Below, in pieces: positions 24,591 to 37,740 of a stretch of 64,000 bases of DNA. Numbering within the stretch: position 1 is the stretch's first letter; every line of letters begins with the position of its first letter. Position numbers and translations under genes: made by a program. This stretch comes from Vicugna vicugna (Eukaryota), in contig MU058718.1 of NCBI GenBank assembly GCA_013265495.1, forward strand, positions 2,751,779 through 2,815,778, in the 5' to 3' direction. Below the pieces are notes generated by a model, which saw only the letters and a list, made by a program, of their open reading frames with translations, searched no databases and was not told where the DNA came from.

Positions 24591-26644
24591 AGTAAGGGAC
24601 AATGACTCGGCTCTAGCATCACTTGTCTGGGAAGCTCTACCCTGCGGTGGGAGAGGTTGCAGGGTTACGGAGCTGAAGGACTCCGCGATGAAATGCACAT
24701 TTGTATTCAGTGCACCTCCTGCCATTTTTTGTTATTTTCAACTCAGACAAAGAACTTGCCTGGTCTTTTGTGGCTATTTTGTTTGTTCCTTTGGGCTTTT
24801 GTTGGAGCTATTATTTTCACAATTTTCTCTTTCTTTTTTTAATGAGTGATCTTTTCTGCTTTGTTTCATATTACTTTCTTGTATTTTTCACTTTTTATCA
24901 AATCGGGATAATGAAGCAAGGAAAGAACTCTTTATTCCCGGCCAGGACTGTGGTGTTCCTTCCTATACTTACCCAACAGACATCTATCTCAGGCCCAGCA
25001 AAACCTAAATACAAGGACTATTCTACACTTAAAACTGTTTATGCAAGCCATTCAAAAGAATCACTAAGAAACAAAGAAACTCTCTGTCATTTCCTGTATA
25101 ATTTAAATATTTCATAATCATTTGTAAGCAATAGTATTACCTCAAAGGCTGGAATAATACCACTCCAAAATTTTCATAATATGAGATCTGTAAGCTAGAA
25201 TCTGTGGTCTCTAATAAAGGTAACCACAGGACAGAGGCAATTCACTTGAGAAACCATGCCGTAGATGGAAAATAAAATAAGTGAAAAACAATACCCAGAG
25301 AGCAAGAACCTACCAAGAAACAGAGTGTTAAGTCCATATTCAGAGGGTCTCTCTGCTGACTGAGCCCCTTGCATGTTGGTCTGCCTCCCAACAACCTCAT
25401 TTCAAGGCAGGACTTGAAAAGGATGTTACTGTCATGGCAGGTATTTCCTGTTGCCTTCCTTTAAAGCATTATTCCTTCAACACATTGTGGGACAGGCAGC
25501 CTCCAACATGGCAGGGCCTACAACATGCTCTGTCTAGCTGGCCCCAATCAGCCCCATCTAGCCTTTCACCAAAGGAGTTCCCAGCCCTCCCAAAATCAGA
25601 TAAGAGGGGGCCCCAAATTATTTCGTAATCTCCTCAGGGAAGTAAAACATTACAGCTAGATCTATGTCCCTAGAAGGCAAATGGATCTCTGATTTACCCA
25701 CTTAATTTTTTCATCAGTTAAACTTCTCAATCCATCTCTCCTTCTTGAAGTTACCACTAGAGTTCTGATTCAGCTGCAAACTTGGTTCCAGCTGTATAAC
25801 CTGCTCAGCTGACACCTCTAATTCTAACTTTCTAACTTTCTCCTCTTCACATCACACCTTCATTTCCACAACTCTCCCTGGGGTTGTAAGCGACATAGCC
25901 CTGCTTCCTACATCTATCTTCATTTTCGTTAGCTATAGGAGCCATCACTTTTACAGTTGCCTGACCCTAGGAAGTCTCTTTCCGCACCCCCAAGGTCGTC
26001 AAGCCAAGGAAACTCATACATTTCCTAACTGTAAGTGAATAAATGGTTTTGACTCCACTATATCCAGCCCAGATAAAACCTCACTGTCCAACTCTACTCA
26101 GTGTTAGTAAACCAGGAGGTATACAACATTTACTCCTAAACTTCAAACGGTCAAAGCTTTTCTCTGATCCTGAGGGCTCTTGGAATATACTCCACAATTT
26201 TCACTCTTGGAAGGATGCTTCCCGAGGAGAGACCTCGCTCTAATGTTACCACTTGTACGTTTTAACATTATTTGCTTGTTCCTTTTGTTTCTAACAGTTT
26301 CCCCCTTTATCCATTTTATTGTGATATTCTTAGATATTATTCTCAGTTTCCTTATAATTTGTTTAATTAATGTATCATAGTCCTTTGTATTTTAATATAT
26401 GACCTTTTGTTTTAGGCACATCTGTTTCATGTGGCGTAATTAAGTTCATGTTTGTTATGATTGTTATATTTGGACTATCATCTATCATTCTTTAGTTCCT
26501 CTTATTTTTGCTATTTCTTATATATGCTTAATGCATGTATTAACTAAACACTATATATATTTATACACACTCCCTTCTTTCTTTTGAAACATGTTTGAAA
26601 GAAAACACTGAATAAAACTATTTCCACTTAAACCAAATCTCTAC

Positions 26645-26647
<3 letters not shown>

Positions 26648-26676
<29 letters not shown>
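26648..26676. repeat. (AC)14 microsatellite
   Basis: Seen directly. Confidence 0.95.
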
Positions 26677-26680
<4 letters not shown>

Positions 26681-28559
26681 CATGACAATCATCAAATTCA
26701 TTTTCCTGTTGTTTTCTAGTTATAGCCATAATAACAAACCCCATATCCTCAGCCTTTTTCGTATGAGTGAAAAAGAACACTTGCGTTAACAGCTTCTGCC
26801 CTTCCCCATCTTATCTCATTCTCTTTTGGAAGACTGCCTGAAATGATGTATTGTAAAAACTTCATACATAGTAGATGCTCCCTAAATATTAGTTCCCTTC
26901 CTCTCTTCCTTTTAAGGTTTAGATCACAATCCTTTTCTGCAGTGGGATGATGTGTTAGGAAGCACTGATCCCTCTTAAGTTAGTGTCTTTAGTATCCCAT
27001 CTTGAGTTGACAAGGCTGCTTGCGATATGAAGTTCTTGTTTTGGACCCAAAGTGTAAGGTCAGTGACTATTTAGGGTTGGTGGGATATGTGAAAATGTTT
27101 CTTTAGCTTTCCCAAATGAATGACATCTTGCCTGGATCATTTTTTCCCATAAAAAGAACTGCAGATGATTCACTCCCTTGGGGAGTTCATGTTCTCAATT
27201 GCGGCTGCATCTGAAATCATTATTTAAATGTTATCTGGACTTTCTTTCCAGATGTTTTAAAATTTCTTCCTCACTGAAGACTGAAAATATTATAAGTAGT
27301 AAATGCTTTGATATCTTTCTCTGGGTGTTAATTTCCTTTTATGGGCCAAGTCTTTAATCAATTCTGAAAACAATTTTACCTTAAATTGTTCATTCTTCAA
27401 AAACGAATTTCTTTTACTGGCTCAAGTACGTACTTCTACTAGTTTTAAGTTAAAACACTATTTTCAGTTTTCTATAAATGAGTTATTTTGATCTGCCATT
27501 ATTCATACATGTGTATTTAAGCCATCTAATTTTGGATTTGATTTGGTAGTTAATAAGCATATTTCTTTAATTAACTATTTAGCAGTTATCAGTCTAAACT
27601 CTTTACTACTTCTAGAAATGTCCTTAATTTGTGATATTGCAATTTTTACCACATAGCCTTTGCTTCACGGCTTTATATATTCTTTCTTATCATTTGAGTA
27701 TATTTTAGTCATTTTTTGAATTCTAAGGGAGACTTTTTGGTTGTTCTGTTTCAGACAACTTTAAAGTTTATTGTTCTTTTGTAACTTCTGAAAACCAGTT
27801 GGGTTATTTTGAAAATTCTTCTTTGACTTGTTTTTTGAATATTAAGGTTATGCATTTGAAGATTTTTGTTTGAGACATTTTCATTGGCATTTTAGTGAGT
27901 TTAATATGAAGAAGCCTATCTACATTGCTACCTAGGCTAATGGTTTCCAAGAGGTAAAAATATTTCTACATGTAAATTCTAGTCTTTAAAAGTAAATACA
28001 GGTGTACTGTAGATATTTTTTAAACTGATAATAAAATTCTTCCAATAAGTGATATTCCATATCTACCTTATATCTTGAGATTTTTATCTTCAAATGAGCC
28101 TCTGTACAACAGATAAAACTATGCTTCAAAGAAAACTGAAATGTAAACACAGTAATTAGTTTCCTCTAAGATTCTAAATAAATACATAAATCATGGCTAA
28201 CCCCGAATTAAAAGAAACGGCATACCTAACCGCACAGAGCTCAGAGTACCACCTTCATCTGCCCCACAGTAGCAAAGCTGGAGTGAGGTCAAGTGGCACA
28301 AAACTCTTCTTTAACAGTCTTTAAGTCAACTTATTACATCTGTCCCTGGGGACTGGACTTAGGGGATGCTCTGTATTTTAGCCTGAGAATAAGATTTAGC
28401 CTTAAGAGAAGAAAAACTATTTATATTTATATTTATCTTTTATCTAGCCATTTAACCAAACTTCCAATTCCAAAAGAAATAAAAACTCTTATGTATTGAA
28501 GAATAAATACATTTTAAAAGAATATTCAGTATTTATTTGAAAGCCATTATAAAGTATTT

Positions 28560-30150
28560 TTAAAGTATATAAAGCAAGACTTGAGCAGAGAGAGACATAT
28601 TTCCTGGATGAAAAAAACTGAGTATAAAAAAGTTGATCCTTTCCAAATTAATATATAATTTTAATACAGTTTTAATCAGAATCTCCAATGAGAATTTAGA
28701 TTGTAACAAAATGAGTTTAAAGTTTATATGGAAAAATTGCCAAATAATACCAAGAAATATTTAAAAAGAAGAGTAAAATGGGACTCAGTTGCTTTTCTAT
28801 ATATTAAAACCTAAAATAAAACTATCATGATCAAGATAGTATCATACTGAAACAGGAATAGTAAACAGACACAGGAAATAAAAACCAAGATACAGAAACT
28901 GATACAAGTGTATATGGAACAACATATGACTAAGTTGGTATCTCAATTCGTAGACAAAATAAGTGGTGTCATCAGATTGGCTGTACATTTGAGAGAATAT
29001 AAAATTATATTCATACCTCACACCATATATAAAATATATTCCAGATGGATTTAAAAGATGTATTTAAAAATAAATCAACAAAAGTACTAGAAGAAGAATT
29101 AAAAAGGGGTTTATATTAGCTTGGATGATAGAAGCCTTCCTAACACAAGAACCATAAAGGAAATGATATATGAGACTAAATACAAAAAAAAATTTTTTAT
29201 GGCAAAAGATAATATAAACCAAATCAAAGACAATAGACTAGGAAATAACTGCATCATATGGAACAAACAATATATTACTGTCACTAATAAACTAAGCGCT
29301 CCCTACAAACTGAGGAGGCAAATAACCTTTAAAAGACATGGGCAAAGGATATGAAATCACAATTCACAGAAGAAATGCAAAGAACAATAAAAACATGTGA
29401 AAATATGCTCAACCTCATCAAAATTCAAGGGAATATAAATGAAAACAGAGTATCATTGCTCACTCAGTAGGGTAATAATAATGATGACTGCAACATGGAA
29501 AACCAGTAGCCTCACACTTGCTAATGGAAGCCTGAACTGGTATAACTTCCTTGGAAAGAAATCTGGCCACATATTTTTAAATGTGAGATACACGTGTCCT
29601 TTGACTCAACCTCCTGTGTCTCCCCCAGCTCCCCACTTTTGAGATTCAACCAGAGTGAAGCACTGGTATATAAGGATGGGTTACTTAGAGAAAACACAAC
29701 CACAGCCAAGGGAGACAATGTTAATTTCTCTCCACAGGGGACAGTGCAGTGAATACTATGCAATTATTAACATGAGCAAGTCAGAGCCAACCTATGAGCT
29801 GAGGGAATGTCTGTGACATTTGTTGTGAAAATTTAGTTGCATGGTAGTGCTTATATTTTAAAAATCCTCAGAGAGGATATGCACACATATGTGACTGGAC
29901 TGTATGAAATTGCAGATATTCAACTCCTTTTGATCTAATAAAATGGGAGTCTCCTAGGTCACAACCTAACATAAGTTATTACATATTTATGAGAATGATA
30001 AAATGTAGAATGATACACCCAGCATTAACACTGGTAACCTGGGGCGGGGTAAGGGAGGAAAGGGAAAATGAACGGCTTCTTCATACATATTTGCACTGTT
30101 TCACTTGTTAAAAGTTTTGAAAATTAAAAATAACTAATAAAGAAAAATTT
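28560..30150 (+). mobile_element. Ancient L1ME-type LINE, decayed ORF2 3' half and UTR
   Basis: ttcctggatg...tttccaaattaatatataattttaatacag...aagtttatatggaaaa...aaactatcatgatcaagatagtatcatactg mirrors the L1 ORF2 motifs WIGR..LPKLIYRFNAI..KFIWK..KTVWYW. Confidence 0.75.
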
Positions 30151-30389
30151 GAGGGAAAAATAGAAAAGAAACAAGATTCTTAGGCTGGCTATGACTTGAA
30201 ACCCATCTAGGGGCAGAATCTACAGCAAAGGTCCATTTAACTTCATCAAATACAGTGAACAAAAACCAATTTATTTCCTTGTCTCTTTCAAAAAGATGGT
30301 TTAAAATAAAAACCCAACCAATTATTTGTTAACTAAAAAGAACTTCAGAATTTGCAAAGAGACTAGTAAAAGTGAAAATTCAGAGAACA

Positions 30390-31010
30390 TTAAGTGTTCA
30401 AGTGGAGCAAGGGGAACACTTTAAACTGCTAAATGGAGAGTAAATGGGTGTAATCACTTTAAAACAACCTGGCATTATCTAATAAAGTTGAACACAGCAT
30501 ATTCTATGACCTGGCACCTGAACTCCAAAGTCTACATCCTAGAAAAACTCCTGGGTGAGGACTAGGATACGTGTACAGCGTGTACTGTGCAGCATTTTCA
30601 TGAGAGCAAAAAGCTGGAAGCAACTGGAATGCTCCAGATCGGTAGAATGGATAAATAAAGTGTGGTATATTTCATACAGAAGAAGAACAATGCTGATGTA
30701 CTAATACTAGAAAACAATGCAAATGAGCGAACTCTAGCTGTACACATCCACCCAGATAAATCTCAAAATAAATGTTGGGTAGAAAAATCTAAGCCAGAGA
30801 AAAAGTATGATGCCATTTCAAAAAGAGGCTACGCTAAACAGTTTAAGAAAAAGCAGGGGAATCACAAATTAAAAGTCTAGATGATAGCTTTCTAGGAAGG
30901 AGAAAGGAAGAAGGGATCAGGAAGAAGCAAATAGGAGTCTTGAAAAGTGGTACTCATCAATAAAGCTGGGGGAAAAAAAGACAGGGAATGTACGTATGCT
31001 TTTTACTAAT
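30390..31010 (+). mobile_element. L1ME-type 3' fragment
   Basis: gtggagcaaggggaacact...ctggcattatctaataaagttgaa...gtagaatggataaataaagtgtggtatatttcatac. Confidence 0.65.
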
Positions 31011-31014
31011 AGTC

Positions 31015-31018
<4 letters not shown>

Positions 31019-31052
<34 letters not shown>
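31019..31052. repeat. (GT)17 microsatellite
   Basis: Seen directly. Confidence 0.95.
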
Positions 31053-31056
<4 letters not shown>

Positions 31057-32319
31057 GCAAATATTCTTTTGATGTATGGTATGTTTCAATCATGCATGCA
31101 CGCACACATACACTACAGAATCTAGGGCAACGTCTGCTCGTGCCTACAAAGTCCATCCTACTACTGGAGAAGCCACTTAACCATCTTTTCATTGTAGATG
31201 CTTAATATATAATTGTATAGCTTTATTTTAGAGTAATACTCAAAGGAACGGCTCTGGGAGTCATGTTTTTCTGGGGCAAGGGTGAAATGGAAATTTCTCT
31301 CATGCAAATTTTTACAGTGCACCAGAAGCTGGAGAGACTATAACAGAAAATCCAAGATAAACACACACACTGACATAAAGTTTTTCAAGTCACCTTGGGA
31401 AAACTTTGTTAAGTTACAGCAAAAAGCAAAGGTAGCATTTCTAAGGAGAGTTACCTGGGTTTTACTTTCACCCTACAATTTAAACTAAATGACACCAAAA
31501 CTCAAACCCTGGCTGGTAAGATTTGCAGAAGCTGGCGGTGGGGGGGTGGGGGGACACGTCTTTTCTCGACTACAAATCATTGAATACCCAGAAAAAATTC
31601 GATTTATTGAGAGCAGACCAGATGGAGCGCTATTTCTAGATATTACAATGTTGATCCTGATTCACAGCAGTCGAGCAGTTAAAAGCCTTCTATATAAGGC
31701 AGTGTTTCAGGTGAAGGAAGACAATTAGAAAGGGAGGAAGTCTGTCCTTTTTCCCATTCTCCACAGCTGCTGGAAACCAACTTTGTTCCTCTGACTGAAT
31801 CACTGCTAATTCTAAGCTATTAGCTTATTTTCTTTCCCAAGGATTATTTTGAATATTTGGATGTCTACCTTACTCACTCTGTTCTGTCTACTGCTATTAG
31901 GAGTTTGGTAAATAATCTGATTTAGCTAAGATGCTTTACTGACAGGATATCCTGTATCTAGTTAACTAAAGCTAGAGGAAAGGGTGATTAGACAATCTGA
32001 ATGCACATTATTTTTAAAAGGAAAGGAAAAGACAAAAAAGTCAACGAGGCTACAGGCCCTTTATCGTCTCAAGTAAACCAAAACAATATGATACCGAACT
32101 ACCTCCCCAAATATGACTCATTTACAGATTTGACATTTTTACTTCCTACACTTTGCTCATGACTTGGAAATGCAGGTGCCACATGGGATCATGGATGAAG
32201 TAAACAGCTTTGAGTTTTCCCTTTAGCAAACAAAAAATGGGAAATTAAGTTAATTGCTGTTCTTGAATGTTTTTCCCTAAGCAAAGTTTCACAGATTGCT
32301 TTCTTTTTTGAATAAAAGC

Positions 32320-32644
32320 TTTACTGAACTATAATGCATACCATAAAATTTTACCCTTTTATTTATACAATGGCATATTCATATTTACATATATAAATAT
32401 ATTTTTATTATATTTTATTTCTATATTTTAATATTTATGTATAAATATGTTTTATTTATAAATATATAATTATATATAAATATATTTTATATCCTTATAT
32501 ATAAATATATTTTATTTATATATTTTAAATTTTATATATTAATATATATTTTAACTTATATACATATAAATATATATATATAATTATACCATTGCCTAAA
32601 TAGAAGGGTAAAATTTTATGGTATGCGCATTATAGTTCAGTAAA
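32320..32644. repeat. ~60-bp inverted repeat enclosing a ~200-bp AT-rich low-complexity spacer
   Basis: Left arm 32320-32379 tttactgaactataatgcataccataaaattttacccttttatttatacaatgg; right arm 32582-32644 is its reverse complement with a few substitutions and a 2-bp indel. Confidence 0.9.
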
Positions 32645-32649
32645 ACTAG

Positions 32650-32860
32650 AATCTGAGATTTGCAAATGTTAGCCACTATATATGAAAAATAGATTTAAAA
32701 AATTCTTATGTATAGCACAGGGAACTATATTCAATATCTTGTAATAACCTTTAACGAAAAAGAATATGAAAATGAATATATGAATATATATGCATGACTG
32801 GGACATTGTGCTGTACACCAGAAATTGACACACTGTAACTGACTGTACTTCAATAAAAAA
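32650..32860 (+). mobile_element. Young camelid-type L1 3' end
   Basis: Same family as 2235-2487: tgtatagcacagggaactatattcaatatcttgtaataacc...gactgtacttcaataaaaaaaaa. Confidence 0.9.
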
Positions 32861-32874
32861 AAACTTACCTTTTT

Positions 32875-33270
32875 AAAGTATGCACAATCCAGTGAGTTTT
32901 TAGAAAATCCAAACTTGTGCATCTATCACCACTCCAATTTCCAGAACATTGTCATCACCCCAAAAAGAAAACCAGTAACCATTAGCAGTCACTCCCCTCC
33001 TCCAACCTCATCCCCACCCCCCAGCTCCTGCAATCATGAATCTATTCTCTCCATAGATTTGCCTATTTGGGGCATTGCAATAAATGGAACCATATATCAT
33101 CTAGCCTGTTGTGTCTGGTTTCTTTCACTTAGCAAAATGTTTTCAAGGTTCATCCATGTCATGATATGAATCAGTACTTCCTTTTTATGGCAAATAATAT
33201 TCCAGTGTATAGATGTACCATAATTTTATCCATTCGCCAGCTGATGGACATTTGGGTTGCTTATTTATGA
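32875..33270 (-). mobile_element. L1MB-type 3' end (its terminus lies at 32300-32360, split off by the younger L1)
   Basis: ccaatttccagaacattgtcatcaccccaaaaagaaaacc...ttctttcacttagcaaaatgttttcaaggttcatccatgt...gatggacatttgggttg. Confidence 0.85.
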
Positions 33271-33499
33271 TAATGAACAATAGAAAGCCTTGGAAGAAGA
33301 AGAAACTGGCCTTCAGCTCAGAACTCAACCCAACCAGGGAGTAATAAAGACAGCTACTGTGAAACCCACATTTATACCCAATTCCTGTAGACCACGTTAC
33401 TCCTAGAGAATGTTAATAGAAATGTTAGCTGGGTAACATGGGGTAGAAGAAATTTTTTTCTTATACCATTAATAAAGAAAGAAGAAGGGAAACAGAATT

Positions 33500-33925
33500 A
33501 AAACATAATGAGTAATATCCTCCAATAGGTGAGCTGATAAACAAATTGTGGTATACCAATATACTAGAATACTACTCGGTAATAAAAGGAATAAATTAGT
33601 GATACATAAAACATGGATGTGTCACCATGTACTTACGCAGAGCATAAGAAGCCAGACAAAAATGAACACATGATATGTAACTGCATTTACATAAAACTCT
33701 AGAAAATACAGATGCTTCTAGAGTGACCGAAAGCGGACCGGGGGCACCTGAGGATGGGGAAGGGGAAGGAGAGATCGCTATTGAGCACCAGGAAACTTTT
33801 GGATGGATATGTTATTTTGATTGTAGTGATGATTTCATGGATGTATGCAGCCAATAATCATCAACTTTAAATGTGTATCATTTACTGAATGTCAATTATA
33901 CTTCAATAAAGCTGTTTAGAAACAG
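33500..33925 (+). mobile_element. L1MC/MD-type 3' end
   Basis: ataaacaaattgtggtata...gaatactactcggtaataaaaggaataaatta...tgtcaattatacttcaataaagctgtt. Confidence 0.75.
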
Positions 33926-34107
33926 TGCTTTTAAAAAAGTGAGTATACCTCCCCAAAAAGTGTTTGAAGGTGTGGAAAACACTGCATATATGGTTTCAAT
34001 TAGTTTTATAACAAGTTAAATTACTCTCATTTTACACACAAGGAAATTTGAATTCAGAAAGTACAGTAATTTCCCAACGTGGTCACTGCCGGTATTAGGC
34101 TGAGATC

Positions 34108-34200
34108 TCTTCTTCTTCTTCTTTTTTTTAATGGAGATATTGGGGATTGAACCAAGGGCCTCGTGCATGCTAAGCTACCACTGAGCTACAACCCGCCCCC
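34108..34200 (-). mobile_element. Vic-1-type SINE (short form) inside a MIR
   Basis: aatggagatattggggattgaaccaagggcctcgtgcatgctaagctaccactgagctac is the reverse complement of the tRNA-like head. Confidence 0.8.
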
Positions 34201-35009
34201 CACTCCCACCAAATCTCTTATTCTTAACCCCAAGGTCCGTGTTTTTTTCACTACAACAAACTGCCTCTCACAGTTCCTGTTATATATAGACCCAACTTTT
34301 TTTCTGAAATCCTTGGGTCCCATTTCCCAACTTAGGGAATTTTCTAGTCCACAGAAGAGGCTTATGTTTTAGGGTGGTATTCCAAATTTGTTTTCTTTAG
34401 CCTATCATGCTATGCTGCCACAAATACCTCTCCAATTATGGGGATTTATCCGATTCAGTTGATTTATTCATTCTCAGTGGATCAGAGTGGTTAATCTGGA
34501 TTAGACTGAGGCAAGTAAGCCTGGCCCCTAGGTCAAAGGAGTGAAAATAATTCATCTGAGATTAAAAGCAAGCTGGACAAAACCAACAACTGGCTACTCA
34601 ACCCACTGGGAGTGGATCTTATACTTTTTAGGGACAAGTCACTCCTTTGATTATGGGAGTCCCAGGAAGTTGGACTAGTCAGAGTTGCCCTGAGGTGTCT
34701 ACCTACTTTTTTTAACACCTCTTTCCCTAAACTTGAACTTTAAGTTGAGGTTGCCATGCCTTCTCTGAACAGGTCAGGCACAAGGTGGGTTTTCTCACCT
34801 CAGTACCTCCTCCAGATCCTTCACCACACAAACTCTGTCCAAATACTATCAATTGTATCTGGGCCCATTTGAACATGGGCTATAAACTTGATTAAATAAT
34901 ATTAATGAAAAAGTGAAAGTTGGTTAAAATAATTTTTTTGGTGAGAGCTAGATTTGGGGGAGGGAGAGGTGTTATTTTTTTCATGCAAGACTTTCGTGAA
35001 GGTTAACAG

Positions 35010-35428
35010 TGTTGGATATTCTCCATTTGCTCCTCCAAACCCATCCTCCATCCTTGGAGACTAAAATCCAATTGGACTCAGCAGCAGGCTGCCTTGTTCT
35101 TTCTTCCAGTTGGGACGGGTCAATGGGAAGCACAAAAAGACAGGAGAGAGGATAATCATTTCAGGATATGTTTCCCGGTATCTCTGCCTGCAGGGTTATT
35201 ATAATCTGGCTATACCACTTTCCTGGAGCCACAGCTCCACTCCAGGAGGGCCCTCTCCTCTCAGTCCTCATCCCTTCAGGTCGATGGGTGGTAAAGGAGC
35301 CCTGGAGAAGCACACTCTCCCCTGCAGTTTCCCTATACTCTGCCCACATCCTTGTAAATATCCTCTTTATTAAACTCTCTTAAAATTAATCGACTGGAGG
35401 ATGACAATTGTTTCCAGCACAGCTGACA
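35010..35428 (+). mobile_element. ERVL solo LTR (LTR40-like)
   Basis: tgttggatattctccatttgctcctcca...cttccagttgggacgggtcaatgggaagcac...ctgcccacatccttgtaaatatcctctttattaaactctct...ctgaca. Confidence 0.7.
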
Positions 35429-35902
35429 TTTTCTGAGGGCTAATAGTATGCTTGTTCAGAAAATGAACTTACCCCATGTCCTCAATTTTTTTGAAAACAC
35501 TGACATTCACAGGGTTGATATTAAGCCCAGACAAAGATAAAAGAGTGGTAAGGTGAGGTATGGAGGGGTGTGGTCAAACAGCACCGATTCAATACCTTCC
35601 TGCATTGGCGATTTTGTAAGGCAAAGACATTTCAAATGTGAAATCTATATTCACATAGATTTGCAAGATTTGCAAGAAGGCAGCGGATATATTTCTCAGA
35701 TTTTTAAAACTGAGAGATGTGAAACATTCAGCTTGCTACATCATGCTTCTTTATGCTTACAAATCATATTTCCATGGAGCCTTTGGCCTTTTTGCATATG
35801 CTATTCTACTTAGACTGAGGCTCTAAACTACTTTTTTTTTTTTTGGTTCTAATGATTAAATATAAAGAAAGGGATGTTTGCTACGATAAAAACTGCCTAA
35901 AT

Positions 35903-36067
35903 ATAAACAACAAGGTCCTACTGTACAGCACAGGGAACTTTATTCAATAGCTTGTAATAGCCTACAATGAAAAAGAATCTATATGTGTGTGTGTATAACT
36001 GAAACAGTATGCTGTGCACCAGAAACCAGCACAGCACTGTAAATCAACTATACTTCAATTAAAAAAA
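35903..36067 (+). mobile_element. Short L1 3' end with perfect TSD
   Basis: ataaacaacaaggtcctactgtacagcacagggaac...aaatcaactatacttcaatt plus poly-A; 15-bp TSD aaaaactgcctaaat (35888-35902, 36068-36082). Confidence 0.9.
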
Positions 36068-37519
36068 AAAAACTGCCTAAATGGCAACTCTAAGAAAAAG
36101 AACAGATTTCAGAGGTGCCATCTGTTTTCTTTCATTGAGAGGCCTTGTCATTTATAGTGAAAAATGCTGTTGAAGTGAAGCAGTGCTCCCTGTGTCATGC
36201 ACAAGATATAATCTCAAGCAGATTTTGATGAGTTAGAGTTTATATCAAAGATGTAAGTCCACTAAGATAAAAGATGGATCTTGATCACATCTAAGCCCAA
36301 AACAACTAGCCTCCCACCCCCAGACTCACCTCAGCTGTATCATTCCCAAAGGACACATGAGAACCAGAAGAGCTACTTTAAGGCTGATTATCTTTGATGA
36401 AGCCAAAATGTCATTTAGCACAAATCTGTAAAGCTCTTTTAAAGGAAAAACCTAAAATGTTGAACTATTGATATGATGCTTTGTTGATGTTGGCTTAGTC
36501 TGTGTTACTGTGTGTGTCTGTTAGCTATAGATTAGGACAGGCGATAGAAAAAAAGGAATTCCTTGAATTAACCCGAGCCAGCGAGGTAAAATCTATCCCT
36601 GTGTTTGTTGTGGGTATCTATTAGAACTTAAGAGTATTTGAAAGGGGATACCAAAAGAAAATCCGGGGACACTGGCAGCTTTCCTTTACTTCTGCATAAC
36701 ACCAGATGGCTCTTACAAAGCTCTCACTTCTTATTTTCCCAATGAGTGGTAATTTCATTCTTTCAGCTTTTCCTGGCTCAATGCAGCGTATCAATGAATA
36801 ATACCATCTTGCATTTGTACAGCATTTTACAATTTACAAACTGCTTTCCTATTCATTATCTCAACTGATCTGTACTGCAGTTCCGGGCAAATATTATAAC
36901 CTCCATTTTGCATCTGTGGAAACGAAAGCCCAAAGGTATCAGACAGAATTCTTTTAGCAGCAACTTGAACAAGGTTAGGTAAACAAGGGAAGTATATTGG
37001 CTCACATCAACTGGATTGATGGACTCCAGTTGTTAATGGGCTCTTTCCTTCTCTCTCTCTTTTGCTTCCCCTCTGTGCGTCAGACTTTACTCTCTCAGCA
37101 GACTGAAATATGGTCTTACATGATTCTTACTAAGCTAAGACTAGAAAGGATGGGACCTCTCCTCCCTCAACTTGAGTTGGAAAATTCCAGAGAAAGAATC
37201 TATTGGCCTTTGCTGGGTTGCATGTCCACTCTTCAAACCAACTCCTATAGCATGAGGATGAAATACTATGGCTTTCCTCTGGCCAGTACTACCAAAACAA
37301 ACAAAACATAGACAAGGAATAGACATAGCCAGTGAGGAAACCGTGAGGAGGGTGTACGTACCGCATTAAACCACTTGCCCAAGGAGCAGAATTAGAACGA
37401 CTTCATAACTGAATCAGACAGCAAGCCCAACCCTCTCCTGTGAACTTCCAGCCTGTCACTACCGGGACCACAAAGGTGTTACCGTGCCCCTCTTTTCCAC
37501 ACAGTCACCAGTGTGGTCT

Positions 37520-37740
37520 GGTTCAAGACTAAAACGTGAAAAGACTCAGATTCTCATCCTGAGCCAGTCCCTTGTCAGCTGTGTTCCGGGGCCAGTTACT
37601 TAACCTCTGGGAACACAGTTTCCTCCTTTGTAAAATAAAGTAAACAATTTCTGCATCACAGGGTCATCAGAAGGATAAAAGAGAGATAACGTACTCCAGA
37701 TGACTTTGAAAATTATCAAGAACTGCCTTAAGGTTTATTA
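37520..37740 (+). mobile_element. MIR SINE
   Basis: cagctgtgttccggggccagttacttaacctctgggaacacagtttcctcctttgtaaaat. Confidence 0.7.

Noticed and set aside
30201..30216. CTCF-like motif (also 58766-58782 and 31614-31632)
   Set aside because: Each misses key consensus positions; cannot be supported without a PWM scan or ChIP data.
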